The notes under the pieces: generated by a model | Databases searched by the model: none | The model's input: the letters and a program-made list of their open reading frames with translations, nothing else | Told to the model about the DNA's origin: nothing | NCBI GenBank assembly: GCA_965216405.1 | Contig: OZ244161.1 | Span: 376,917-440,916 of the forward strand | DNA from: an uncultured Micavibrio sp. | Lineage (GTDB): Bacteria > Pseudomonadota > Alphaproteobacteria > Micavibrionales > Micavibrionaceae | Reading direction: 5' to 3' | DNA length: 64,000 nt | In this document: positions 19,664 to 28,558 of the stretch, piece by piece | Layout: every line of letters starts with the position of its first letter | Position numbering within the stretch: position 1 is the first letter of the stretch | Made by a program: the position numbers and the translations under genes

Positions 19664-20398
19664 CTATCTTTCCTCATTTTGAGAGCAGAGTTTTTCATTA
19701 TATAGATCGGGTCGATCTTCTGTAATTATATCGCATAAATAGTGATACATATAATTAATCTCGTTCGGATGCATCGTATCCACATTATCTATAAGGATAT
19801 TAAACATTATATCATAAGCGAGTTCTTCCTCACCCCGTTCTTCCAAAACAAAAACCGGCATTTGCCGTGCCCAACTCCCCAACCGGGGGTTCGGATTAGA
19901 AGCCAATTTGTACGCAAGTTCTAATGCGCGGTCTAAATCTTCCTGCTCATGGCGGGCCATATAAACGGCATGAGCCAGCCATCGCCATTTCTGGCCGTAA
20001 GGCTTATCGCCTGCCGATTCCAGATAGTCGATTATATAAGCCCTTTTTTCCTTGTCCGGTACGCCGCCAAAATAATAGGCGGCCATCATCGGCATGACGT
20101 CAGATACCGGATCAAGCTTATCTTGTAAAAACAACCACTTTTGTAATCTATCATAGTCATAATCGAGTAAGGATTTATATTGCCCACCAGTATTTCCCAG
20201 GTTTTGCAACATCATTGCATTAACCCTGTAAGCAGTTTGCTCATCACCTAATGTCATTAGACTGTCCGTTTGCGCTTCGGGCACAGGCGGCACGTTTGCC
20301 CAACTGCTTCGGATAAATCTTGAATAATTCCAAAAGAACAAATTAGCTATAAGAAAGCTCGTAAAAACAATGATAGCTATCTTTTGTGATTTTCCCAT
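19664..20398 (-). CDS. hypothetical membrane-anchored protein (244 aa)
   Basis: Single N-terminal hydrophobic segment (IAIIVFTSFLIANLFFW). TAATG overlap with the upstream ABC-2 permease gene suggests translational coupling. No domain recognised. Confidence 0.65.
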   Translation of the reverse strand: MGKSQKIAIIVFTSFLIANLFFWNYSRFIRSSWANVPPVPEAQTDSLMTLGDEQTAYRVNAMMLQNLGNTGGQYKSLLDYDYDRLQKWLFLQDKLDPVSDVMPMMAAYYFGGVPDKEKRAYIIDYLESAGDKPYGQKWRWLAHAVYMARHEQEDLDRALELAYKLASNPNPRLGSWARQMPVFVLEERGEEELAYDIMFNILIDNVDTMHPNEINYMYHYLCDIITEDRPDLYNEKLCSQNEER

Positions 20399-21165
20399 TA
20401 GAATTGCCGTCGGTTTAAATCGATATAAGCCGCACCAAAGATCAGGCCACTAAAAATTGCGCCCTGCAAAAAGAGAAAAGGGAAACCTATCCCGCCATCA
20501 ACCCCGTAGATCAACCATGAGGTTTGTCCCATGATATCCAGTCTTGGAATAAAAATGGAAACAACAAGCATAACTTTTTCAAGTACTAAAAATGGAAGGG
20601 TTTCTCCTGCCTTCTCGATAATGCCGAGGATATCTCCTATTAAACGCGCAAGCACATAAAAAGCAAAAATGATTAAAGTCGAAATCACTGCACTGGATAA
20701 GTAGACAGCAAAAAATAAGGCCACCATCGCAACAATAATTAGTTCGATCCAAAAACTGACCGCCCACATTATCTGGCCGGCCTGAAAATAATTATAAGAC
20801 AGCGCAAAAATTGCCAATGAAGTGGCAAGAAAAATAACCGTGGCAAGGCAGGAAAAAGCCAGAGCGTGGGCAAACAAAAACTGAAAGCGCGTAACCGGAC
20901 GGCTCAGCATATACTCCACATCGCGGGTTTCGAAAGACCGTCTTAAATAAAAAACAATGAAAAGCGTCAATGTAATAACGCCCGCTATCCTTAAACCCGA
21001 TGCGGCAAACACCATAGAAAACTGATCTTTTTCAGTGATAGCAGATGAGCCCAAAAATATAGAAAGACTTAAGGCAATCGCGATCAGGAGAATATAGCCA
21101 ATAAATAACTTGTCCCGGAACGCTGCCGTAACAACGTATTTTGCTAAAAGCCCTGTTGTTGACAT
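20398..21165 (-). CDS. ABC-2-type transporter permease-like membrane protein
   Basis: About 6 hydrophobic segments with a long first extracytoplasmic loop, as in ABC-2/NosY-like permeases. I prefer the ATG at 21165 to the TTG at 21180. Confidence 0.6.
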   Translation of the reverse strand: MSTTGLLAKYVVTAAFRDKLFIGYILLIAIALSLSIFLGSSAITEKDQFSMVFAASGLRIAGVITLTLFIVFYLRRSFETRDVEYMLSRPVTRFQFLFAHALAFSCLATVIFLATSLAIFALSYNYFQAGQIMWAVSFWIELIIVAMVALFFAVYLSSAVISTLIIFAFYVLARLIGDILGIIEKAGETLPFLVLEKVMLVVSIFIPRLDIMGQTSWLIYGVDGGIGFPFLFLQGAIFSGLIFGAAYIDLNRRQF

Positions 21166-21183
21166 CTCAACTTCTCTCAACTG

Positions 21184-23052
21184 TTAAAAACGAAGAGGTC
21201 TGCGATCACTGGAGAATGTCCGATACAGGTCTTTATCCGTATTGTGAACCGTATTGCCCCCTTCAACAATGGTAGCTTTCAAGAAAACAACAAGCTCCGT
21301 TTTTTGTATTTGATCTTGCTGGTTTCTAAATAATCCGCCGATAATAGGTGTTTCGCCGAGAACAGGAACAGCATTGCGTGTTGATGATATACGGTCTTGA
21401 ATCAATCCACCCATAACCACAGCCTGACCGTTATTCATTTGCAGGATAGAATCAAATTCCTGCACGTTTACATTCGGCACAGGCGATTCCACACCGGCAA
21501 TCGCCAGATCTGGATTTGGATCATTCACAAAGCTGGTAATGGTAGTAATAGTTGGCCTAATCGCCATTGATATGGTCTGGTTATCTTCATCAATGGCAGG
21601 TTGAACATTAATAAGAACCCCCTCTGGCACAGTCTGCGCATCGGTATCAAACGTGGTTGTTGTGACGCCGTCCGTTGTTGTTGTATCAACATCAACTTCA
21701 AAGAACACAACATTTTCAGCGACACTCAGCGCGGCAGACTGATTGTTTAAAACCGTCAGACGCGGACTGGCCAATGCTTTCACCGTACCGAAACGCGAGA
21801 GCATATCAACAGCCGCCGATAAATCATTCCCATCATAATTGATCCCGAAATTTGACACAGGGTCAGATACCGGATTAAGAATTCCCCGAACCAAGCCTGT
21901 TGCGGCACCGGAAGCATCAAAGGATTGGGAACTAAAACCAAAGCCTGTCAATTCCCCTCCTAAAAGACCTATCACGCTCCAATCAATACCGGTTGCGAAC
22001 TCATCATTAAGGGCAACTTCAAGAACTTTTGCCTCAATAAGAACTTGGGCCGTCACTGATTTTTTCAGATCACTTAGATAGGACCTGACTTTTTTATGAA
22101 CTCTTTCCGGTGCAAAAACAGAAATAAGGCCGGCTTGTCTGTTAAGAGAAAAGCGCGCCGCAAAAGGATCTTCGTCTTCACCGCCAAAATTGTCTTCTTC
22201 CTCTTCTTCAACCAGTCCGACATTCAGGTTCGCCTGTGGCGCTTGCACCTGAACCGTTGGTCCGGTTTCGGAAATATTACCGTCTTCATCCATGATCAAA
22301 GGATCAACCGGCGCCGGATTAGCATCTGCCACAGTAACACGCGGATCACGTTCCGTGGCCAATCTATTGGAATCTCGATTGGATTCTACAATTTGAGTCA
22401 GGTTTTGCTCTAACTCTAACCAGAAATCTATCACGCTTTCGTTAGAGGCCGAAAATGAAGATCCTGTATCCGCACCATCCCCTGAAACAACGGATATATC
22501 CGTGCTAATAGAACTCGCATTTGTCCGGGTAAGTGCCAGATAGTTGATTTTATATGTTTCGTGGTAAGGCGTATCTAATTCGACCCGTAAAATGCTGTCA
22601 TCAAAGTTGTAACGCAGACCGGCAATGTTCGAAATACGCTCAATCACCACATCCAAAGGCCTGTTACGGGCTGAAAAAATAATCGATCCCCGGATACGTG
22701 GATCAAGTTCGACGTCATAATCAGCCTGCTCTGCGATTTCGTATATCACATCGCGTAAAGGAACGGTCTGATTGACGGAAATTGAGACTAGAGGCATGGC
22801 CTGATAATTAGAATCAGGCTCCGCGACATATGGCTTTAGAGCGGGAATGTCCGCGCTCGATGCGTTCGCCGAATGATCGACTTCTATTTCACGTGGCGCC
22901 AAAGCATCACGGTAATCCTGCTGCTCCAGACTTTTTTCCCGGTCATGTTTGGTATAATTTTGTGCCAATTCACAAGAACTTATAATCAAAGAACACAAGA
23001 AGAGAAGAACCACAAAGGGTAGCCTGGCTCTTAAAGACAATAAACTATTCAT
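21184..23052 (-). CDS. secretin (GspD/PilQ/MshL family), probable lipoprotein
   Basis: The C-terminal secretin signature is present (NAVPVLGETPIIGGLFRNQQDQIQKTELVVFLKATIV). The N-terminus MNSLLSLRARLPFVVLLFLCSLIISSC ends in a lipobox-like ISSC. No AMIN-type repeats are evident. Confidence 0.88.
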   Translation of the reverse strand: MNSLLSLRARLPFVVLLFLCSLIISSCELAQNYTKHDREKSLEQQDYRDALAPREIEVDHSANASSADIPALKPYVAEPDSNYQAMPLVSISVNQTVPLRDVIYEIAEQADYDVELDPRIRGSIIFSARNRPLDVVIERISNIAGLRYNFDDSILRVELDTPYHETYKINYLALTRTNASSISTDISVVSGDGADTGSSFSASNESVIDFWLELEQNLTQIVESNRDSNRLATERDPRVTVADANPAPVDPLIMDEDGNISETGPTVQVQAPQANLNVGLVEEEEEDNFGGEDEDPFAARFSLNRQAGLISVFAPERVHKKVRSYLSDLKKSVTAQVLIEAKVLEVALNDEFATGIDWSVIGLLGGELTGFGFSSQSFDASGAATGLVRGILNPVSDPVSNFGINYDGNDLSAAVDMLSRFGTVKALASPRLTVLNNQSAALSVAENVVFFEVDVDTTTTDGVTTTTFDTDAQTVPEGVLINVQPAIDEDNQTISMAIRPTITTITSFVNDPNPDLAIAGVESPVPNVNVQEFDSILQMNNGQAVVMGGLIQDRISSTRNAVPVLGETPIIGGLFRNQQDQIQKTELVVFLKATIVEGGNTVHNTDKDLYRTFSSDRRPLRF

Positions 23053-23085
23053 ACTGAAATAATCCCCTTCATACTGAAACAATCC
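23048..23085. repeat. 18 nt direct repeat (1 mismatch, period 20) across the secretin start
   Basis: TTCATACTGAAATAATCC at 23048-23065 and TTCATACTGAAACAATCC at 23068-23085. The first copy contains the chosen ATG (23052-23050, minus strand). Confidence 0.9.
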
Positions 23086-23189
23086 TCTCAATCAAATTCC
23101 CAATATATTTAAAAATGTAAATCCCTACCAAAAACTATATGATTTCTATCTTTGAAGCTATAGCCAGAAAAACTTATCCTAAATTCATT

Positions 23190-24317
23190 TTAATCCGATA
23201 CAGAAAAAATTGAGGTGTCAATGTTATGCAAACCTGAATCCGCGTTGCCTAGCCTGACTTGTTGTAACTTTACCTTCATATCACTGGCTTTATCTGCCTG
23301 GGATATAACTGTTTCTTCTGTAATAAGTCCTTTTGCAAACAAATCCAGTAAAGACTGATCAAAACTGCACATTCCCATTGGATTGTTTTGTTCAATAACG
23401 TCCGTAATCTTTTCATAGCTACCCTTCATAATCAGGTCCCTGATCAAGGCCTCGTTCAGCATGATTTCCAGGGCAGGCACAAGCCCCCCTTCTGTAGAAT
23501 TCAATAAACGCTGTGAAATGATCGCTTTTAGATTCATCGACAAATTCAAACGGACCTGATTTTTCTGATCCTCTGAGAAGAAATTAACGATACGTTCAAT
23601 AGCCTGATAAGAGTTGTTAGTGTGCAGCGTTGCCAGACAAAGATGCCCTGTTTCCGCAATTGTTAGGGCCTGCTCCATTACCTCACGGTCCCTGATCTCT
23701 CCAATAAGAATGACATCGGGGCGCTGACGCAAAGAATTTTTCAACGCGATTGAATAAGATTCCGTATCGACCCCAACTTCCCGTTGAGTAATAACGCTTT
23801 TCTTATGCTCATGATAATATTCGATCGGATCTTCAATGGTCAGGATATGACCAGCCTGACGCTCGTTCCGGTGGTTTATCATGGAAGCCAAAGTCGTTGA
23901 TTTTCCCGAGCCCGTCATCCCCGTTAAGAGAATAAGGCCGCGTTTTTCCAGACAAAGTTTTTCCAAAATCGGCGGCAATTTCAAATCGGCAATCGCCGGA
24001 ATTGTTGAAATAATACGACGGATAACCAAGCCCGGATTTTGACGCTGGCGCATAATATTCACCCGGAAACGCCCGTATTTTCCAACGTCGAGCGATGTGT
24101 TCAACTCCCACTTTAATTCGAAATCACGTCGTTGCTTCGGTGTTAAAATGTTATAAATGACATCATTGATCTCATCGATACCCAGTGGTTCAGGCGCAAT
24201 TTCAAAAAGATTATCGTCCACACGGATAGTTGGCGGCCGGTTCACCGTCAGATAAAGGTCGCTGGCCCCTTTCTCATTCATTTCATTCAGATACTGGAAA
24301 GCGACAGGAATGCTCAA
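23190..24317 (-). CDS. pilU: type IV pilus retraction ATPase, PilU-like
   Basis: ASDLYLT...GRFRVN...Walker A GMTGSGKST...TIEDPIEY...REVGVDTESY..ALKNSLRQRPDVILIGEIRD...ETGHLCLATLH closely parallels P. aeruginosa PilU as I recall it. Confidence 0.88.
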   Translation of the reverse strand: MSIPVAFQYLNEMNEKGASDLYLTVNRPPTIRVDDNLFEIAPEPLGIDEINDVIYNILTPKQRRDFELKWELNTSLDVGKYGRFRVNIMRQRQNPGLVIRRIISTIPAIADLKLPPILEKLCLEKRGLILLTGMTGSGKSTTLASMINHRNERQAGHILTIEDPIEYYHEHKKSVITQREVGVDTESYSIALKNSLRQRPDVILIGEIRDREVMEQALTIAETGHLCLATLHTNNSYQAIERIVNFFSEDQKNQVRLNLSMNLKAIISQRLLNSTEGGLVPALEIMLNEALIRDLIMKGSYEKITDVIEQNNPMGMCSFDQSLLDLFAKGLITEETVISQADKASDMKVKLQQVRLGNADSGLHNIDTSIFSVSD

Positions 24318-25459
24318 AACGAATACCCCTCTTCACTGTCTTCTGATGTCGTCGTTTCATTAAATTTGGAAGGATCAACCCTTGTTGATTCCTCATCTTT
24401 TGTTTTAACTTCTTCTCCAAAGCCTTCATCACTGGCCTTCATAAGATGGATTTTTGCTTCCTCAGGCGTAATGATTCTTTGCTGAAGCAAGTTGTTAATT
24501 GCTTCTTCCATGGTGATCATGCCGTAACGCGATCCTGTTTGCATCATGGAGAAGATTTGCGGAATCTGATTTTCACGAATAAGATTTCGAACCGCATTCG
24601 TTCCGACAAGAATTTCAAACACCCCTGTCCGTCCTGTGCCATCCGCTCTTTTCATCAAGGTTTGGGCCACCACACCTTCCAGCGCACTGGAAAGCATCGA
24701 CCGGACCATTTCCTTATCACCGGTCGGGAACACATCAATAATACGGTCAACTGTCTTTGCCGCCGTGTTTGCGTGTAACGTGCCAAGCACAAGGTGACCG
24801 GTTTCAGCAGCCGTTAAAGCCAGAGAGATTGTTTCATAATCACGCATCTCCCCCACCAGAATAACATCGGGGTCTTCACGCAAAGCACTTTTCAATGCCT
24901 GCCTGAAGGAATGGGTGTCGCGCATCACCTCCCTGTGGTTAATAAGACTTTTTTGGGACGTATGAAAAAATTCAACCGGATCTTCGATGGTCAGGATATG
25001 TTTTCTTTTCTTCATATTAATATCATTGACGATTGAGGCCAGCGTGGTTGATTTACCACTCCCGGTAGCTCCTGTAACAAGAACCAGTCCCTTTTCAAGC
25101 TCCGCAAATTTTCGGATCGCTGGCGGCAGATCTAATTGATCCATTGTCGGTATTTCACTGGGAATGGTTCTAAAAACGGCCGCGGCGCCAGTCCGGGTAT
25201 TAAAGCCATTCACACGGAAACGGGCTTTTTCACCAAAAGAAATCGCAAAATCGATCTCGAGATCTTGTTCGTAGACGCTTCGTTGGTCTTCCGACATCAC
25301 CGAATAAAGCATAGAGCGGATATCATCGCTGGAAAGGGTCTCCGACTTAATACGCTTCATATCCCCGTTGACCCTGATAATAGGCGGACTATCGGCGCTC
25401 AAATGCAAGTCCGATGCCTTGTTTTTCATTGAAAAAGCCAGAAGCTGTGTTAAATCCAA
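24314..25459 (-). CDS. pilT: type IV pilus retraction ATPase PilT, with an acidic C-terminal tail
   Basis: MDLTQLLAFSMKNKASDLHLSADSPP...GATGSGKSTT...TIEDPVEF...EMRDYETI..ALTAAETGHLVLGTLH...AVRNLIRENQ are PilT hallmarks. TTG start with AGGAG 6 nt upstream. 4 nt overlap with pilU. Confidence 0.9.
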   Translation of the reverse strand: MDLTQLLAFSMKNKASDLHLSADSPPIIRVNGDMKRIKSETLSSDDIRSMLYSVMSEDQRSVYEQDLEIDFAISFGEKARFRVNGFNTRTGAAAVFRTIPSEIPTMDQLDLPPAIRKFAELEKGLVLVTGATGSGKSTTLASIVNDINMKKRKHILTIEDPVEFFHTSQKSLINHREVMRDTHSFRQALKSALREDPDVILVGEMRDYETISLALTAAETGHLVLGTLHANTAAKTVDRIIDVFPTGDKEMVRSMLSSALEGVVAQTLMKRADGTGRTGVFEILVGTNAVRNLIRENQIPQIFSMMQTGSRYGMITMEEAINNLLQQRIITPEEAKIHLMKASDEGFGEEVKTKDEESTRVDPSKFNETTTSEDSEEGYSF

Positions 25460-25488
25460 AACGCTCTCCTTAAGATAGATATTATTTT

Positions 25489-25517
25489 ATTATACTAGAA
25501 CAGTAAGCGGTACCCAG
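25489..25517 (-). promoter_or_regulatory. pilT upstream element CTGGGTA-N3-CTTACTGT-N5-TATAAT (minus strand)
   Basis: Same ordered blocks and same total length as CTGGGTA-N1-CTTACTGT-N7-TATAAA upstream of pilB (34310-34338). TATAAT lies 30 nt upstream of the pilT start. Confidence 0.4.
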
Positions 25518-25570
25518 AACATCATATTGAGAGTTTGTGCTATTCCCCATGAAGGGTCAATAGAGTCCCC

Positions 25571-26047
25571 CTATGCGATAAACATCTCTATAAGAATATA
25601 TAGGCTAACCAGTATAGAAATGGTTAATAAAAGGGGTTTTGAAACGATATTTTTTCTTGAATAAACAATAAGTTGTGCCAAAACAAACGGCATTATCGCA
25701 ATTAAGAAGAAGCTCAGGCAAGAAACCCCGAAAACAAACAGAAAAAACACGGAAAGCGTGATACAGGTCAGTTCAACGCTCGGATAAAAAGCTGAAATTT
25801 TCGCGCCGCAATAACGGCAGCGTCCTTTTTGCCAAAGATAGGAAAGCACAGGGATCAAATCCTTTGTGTGCAGTGAATGCGCACATTTCGGACATTCGGA
25901 ACGCGCCGCCCCTCCCTTTGCGGACTTGATCCAGGAGGTTCCTGACATTGTGCGAGAGATAACCGCAGTGGCAAAACTGCCCATGGTTGCTCCCAGAAAC
26001 ATAAAAACAATGATATAAAAAAATAAGTCTGCTGAAAAAGTGGTCAA
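25571..26047 (-). CDS. prepilin peptidase N-terminal (DiS-P-DiS / methyltransferase-region) domain protein lacking the A24 aspartyl-peptidase domain
   Basis: The motif CPKCAHSLHTKDLIPVLSYLWQKGRCRYCGAKIS is the PilD N-terminal four-Cys element. The protein is only 158 aa and shows no GxGDxK-type catalytic Asp region. Confidence 0.7.
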   Translation of the reverse strand: MTTFSADLFFYIIVFMFLGATMGSFATAVISRTMSGTSWIKSAKGGAARSECPKCAHSLHTKDLIPVLSYLWQKGRCRYCGAKISAFYPSVELTCITLSVFFLFVFGVSCLSFFLIAIMPFVLAQLIVYSRKNIVSKPLLLTISILVSLYILIEMFIA

Positions 26048-26054
26048 TGTCTAC

Positions 26055-27110
26055 TTACAGACGTCTTAAATGCGCCAAACGGTCATAGACCTCATCACGT
26101 GGAATTGTATGGCCGCCACCATAAGTAATATCAATCTCAAGAGCTTTTTGGTAATAATCAACCGCGCCTTTGTAATTGCCGGCACGGTCTGAGATAACGG
26201 CCATATTATAGTAATGCGTAGCATTTCCAGGTTCCAGGGTAGATGCAATTTCAAGGAACCGGGTCGCCTCCTCGATATTCCCCATTGAGGCACTGGTCAG
26301 GCCTATTTGGGCTGCGATCCCAGCATTTTGAGTATTTTCACTCCAAAGCTCTTTTAACCGTCTATAGGCAACAGCGGGATAACGCTGATTCAGCAACCCA
26401 AGCATGTTTAAAGAAGCATTCAAATTATCAGGATCAATTTTTAGAAGTTCTTCATACGTGGCAATGGCGGATTCAGTAAATCCGCTGTTTTGCTGCGCGA
26501 CAGCCAATCCTAAGAGAATATACTTGTTTTTAGGCTCTTTCTTATAAAGCTGTTCATATAATTCCAACGCGGCAGAATAGCGCCCTAATTTCAGCGCTCT
26601 TTGGGCGGACACCAAACGGGCCTGAACACTGTCAGGACCGGCATCTTTACGCACAACGACAAAACTAGAACCTGGTTGATATTTTGGGTCAACCTGTGTT
26701 GGACCGGCTGCTTTTCCCAAAACAGAGCTCGGCACCACAGCATCCGCATCATAATATTGTCCGGAATACGGAAGAGAACGGACGATTTCAGGCTGTTCCG
26801 CAGCGGTTTGTGCCTGTGTCCCTGCCTGTTGTTGGGCCGTTGCCGGTTGGGCGGGGGCCTCCAGATTATTCGGTGCCGGCGCCTGAACAGCAGGCTCTGC
26901 TGGTATTTCGATCACGCTTTCTTCAACGACAGTCTGATCTTCAATGATCGTAGTCGGCGTAGGCTGCGGCGTATCCTCATCAAAATCAATTTCCAGATCT
27001 TGAAACAAGCTTTCATCATTTTGATCTTGCGAAAAACTGCTGCTGGGGAAACCAGCCATTGCAGAAATGATCAATATGGAGAATATTGTATTTTTAATAG
27101 ACACAAACAT
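26055..27110 (-). CDS. exported TPR-repeat protein (PilF/MshN-like position in the pilus locus)
   Basis: Signal-like N-terminus and a Pro/Ala/Gln-rich linker. The C-terminal half has repeated TPR-like A..Y..AL...P patterns (ALELYEQLYKKEPKN, AIATYEELLKIDPDN, AVDYYQKALEID). Confidence 0.75.
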   Translation of the reverse strand: MFVSIKNTIFSILIISAMAGFPSSSFSQDQNDESLFQDLEIDFDEDTPQPTPTTIIEDQTVVEESVIEIPAEPAVQAPAPNNLEAPAQPATAQQQAGTQAQTAAEQPEIVRSLPYSGQYYDADAVVPSSVLGKAAGPTQVDPKYQPGSSFVVVRKDAGPDSVQARLVSAQRALKLGRYSAALELYEQLYKKEPKNKYILLGLAVAQQNSGFTESAIATYEELLKIDPDNLNASLNMLGLLNQRYPAVAYRRLKELWSENTQNAGIAAQIGLTSASMGNIEEATRFLEIASTLEPGNATHYYNMAVISDRAGNYKGAVDYYQKALEIDITYGGGHTIPRDEVYDRLAHLRRL

Positions 27111-27195
27111 TATTTACCGTTTAGGAAATTACAATTCTATTACATACTACATCGTCACGAGAATCTTACAATTACTATAATACGACAAAAATGAG

Positions 27196-27894
27196 TTATG
27201 CCGCAATAAGTGCTAAAAAAGCCTTTTCCAAATTCTGGTTTTCTCCTTTTTTCTTAAGCATCTCAGGCGTATCAAGAAATATAATCCGATTATTGTGAAA
27301 AACCGCCACCCTGTCACATAGCTCTTCTACATCAGCCAGAATATGGGAGCTCATAAAAACAGATTTTCCCTTATTTCTAACCGCCTGGATGATTTCTTTC
27401 ACTTCTTGCCTTGCTTTAGGATCAAGCCCGCTCATCGGCTCATCAAGAATTAATAGAGGACAATCTACCAGTGTGCTCGCCAACAATCCCAGTTTTTGCC
27501 GCATTCCTTTGGAATAAGTGTTGGTATATTTCCCCAGATAATCCACATTCAGAGAAACACTCTGCGCTGCGCGCTCTATTTCATCATTCGTAATCGTCCG
27601 ATTATACAGCTTCATTGAAAATCGGATGAAATCATATCCATTCAAAAACCATGGCGGTTCAAAGCGTTCAGGTAAATAAGAAATATTCTCGCTGCCACTG
27701 CCGATGATATCGCCGGCATAGCGCTCCCTTAGCCCCAAAATTGTTTTGATTAACGTGGTTTTACCTGCCCCGTTCAGACCAACAAGACCAAAGACCTCGC
27801 CTTCCGTAATATCAAAGCTAACGTTATCAACGATCGTGTTGCCGTCATATCCCGCAGATAATGATTGAACTGAAATAACTGGCGTATTTGTCAT
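27196..27894 (-). CDS. ABC transporter ATP-binding protein
   Basis: Walker A GLNGAGKTT, signature YSKGMRQKL and Walker B LLILDEP. The ATG at 27894 lies 1 nt after the upstream gene's stop. The track start at 28017 overlaps that upstream gene and is unlikely. Confidence 0.88.
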   Translation of the reverse strand: MTNTPVISVQSLSAGYDGNTIVDNVSFDITEGEVFGLVGLNGAGKTTLIKTILGLRERYAGDIIGSGSENISYLPERFEPPWFLNGYDFIRFSMKLYNRTITNDEIERAAQSVSLNVDYLGKYTNTYSKGMRQKLGLLASTLVDCPLLILDEPMSGLDPKARQEVKEIIQAVRNKGKSVFMSSHILADVEELCDRVAVFHNNRIIFLDTPEMLKKKGENQNLEKAFLALIAA

Positions 27895-27895
27895 T

Positions 27896-28558
27896 TTAAC
27901 CCGGCAGGAAAATTCTTGTATCAATGTTAAATCTCTGATGCGCCCTGATTTTAATAGGGAACACCTGATTTGTGAAGGCATCATACCACTTAATCTTGAT
28001 AAATTCCTTTGAGACACGAATATCCAGAATTTCGGGTGGCAGATTATCAGGACCGATTTTTTGACCGTTCAGCCAGACTGCCCAATCCCCTTTTGAGACA
28101 TAGACGATACCACCAAGAGCAATCTCCCTCGGTCCCATTGGCGGCGGCTCCGTATTAACTGTTCCTTCAGGAGGACGGGTCATAAAACCTGCCTTGGCCT
28201 CCATAATCAGGCTGTGCTGACTAGCCGTAAAAAGCAAGGAAGCAAACTCGTTTAGTTTAAGTTCCGGATTTTTTAAGGCAATACGGCGGTACATATCCGC
28301 AATAGCCCGTTCTGCCGGAGATTGTCTTTGAGACGGATCGCCTTCATTAGCAGGAGTCGAGGGGCCGTTGGTATTTATACTTGGCTCGGCGGGATTTGCC
28401 TCCGGGGCAGATTGGTCTGCGGCCATGAGCGACCCTTCGCCGGGCCCACGCACTTCTTGCCCGTCAGCCACCTGAGCATGAGCCGACATGTTACAGGTCA
28501 CAAGGAATCCAAGAAGAAGGAACAAGAGCATAATTTGACGGGAATAATTAATCATCAT
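27896..28558 (-). CDS. exported pilus-locus protein, possibly PilP-like
   Basis: Signal-like MMINYSRQIMLLFLLLGFLVTCNMSAHA and a Pro-rich linker. The C-terminal IALGGIVYVSKGDWAVWLNGQKIGPDN loosely resembles the PilP beta-domain pattern. ATGATGA overlap with the upstream gene. Confidence 0.6.
   Translation of the reverse strand: MMINYSRQIMLLFLLLGFLVTCNMSAHAQVADGQEVRGPGEGSLMAADQSAPEANPAEPSINTNGPSTPANEGDPSQRQSPAERAIADMYRRIALKNPELKLNEFASLLFTASQHSLIMEAKAGFMTRPPEGTVNTEPPPMGPREIALGGIVYVSKGDWAVWLNGQKIGPDNLPPEILDIRVSKEFIKIKWYDAFTNQVFPIKIRAHQRFNIDTRIFLPG

Noticed and set aside
25460-25570. Remnant of the missing A24 peptidase domain downstream of the truncated pilD-like gene
   Set aside because: Only 110 nt separate it from pilT, and this stretch contains promoter-like AT-rich sequence. 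There is no room for about 130 missing codons in any frame.
26601-27194. 197 aa plus-strand ORF opposite the TPR gene; similar long antisense ORFs at 35376-35858, 47737-48324, 49418-49900 and 55100-55615
   Set aside because: Each lies fully inside or across a confidently identified gene on the other strand. They have Arg/Cys/His-rich shadow-ORF composition and no RBS.
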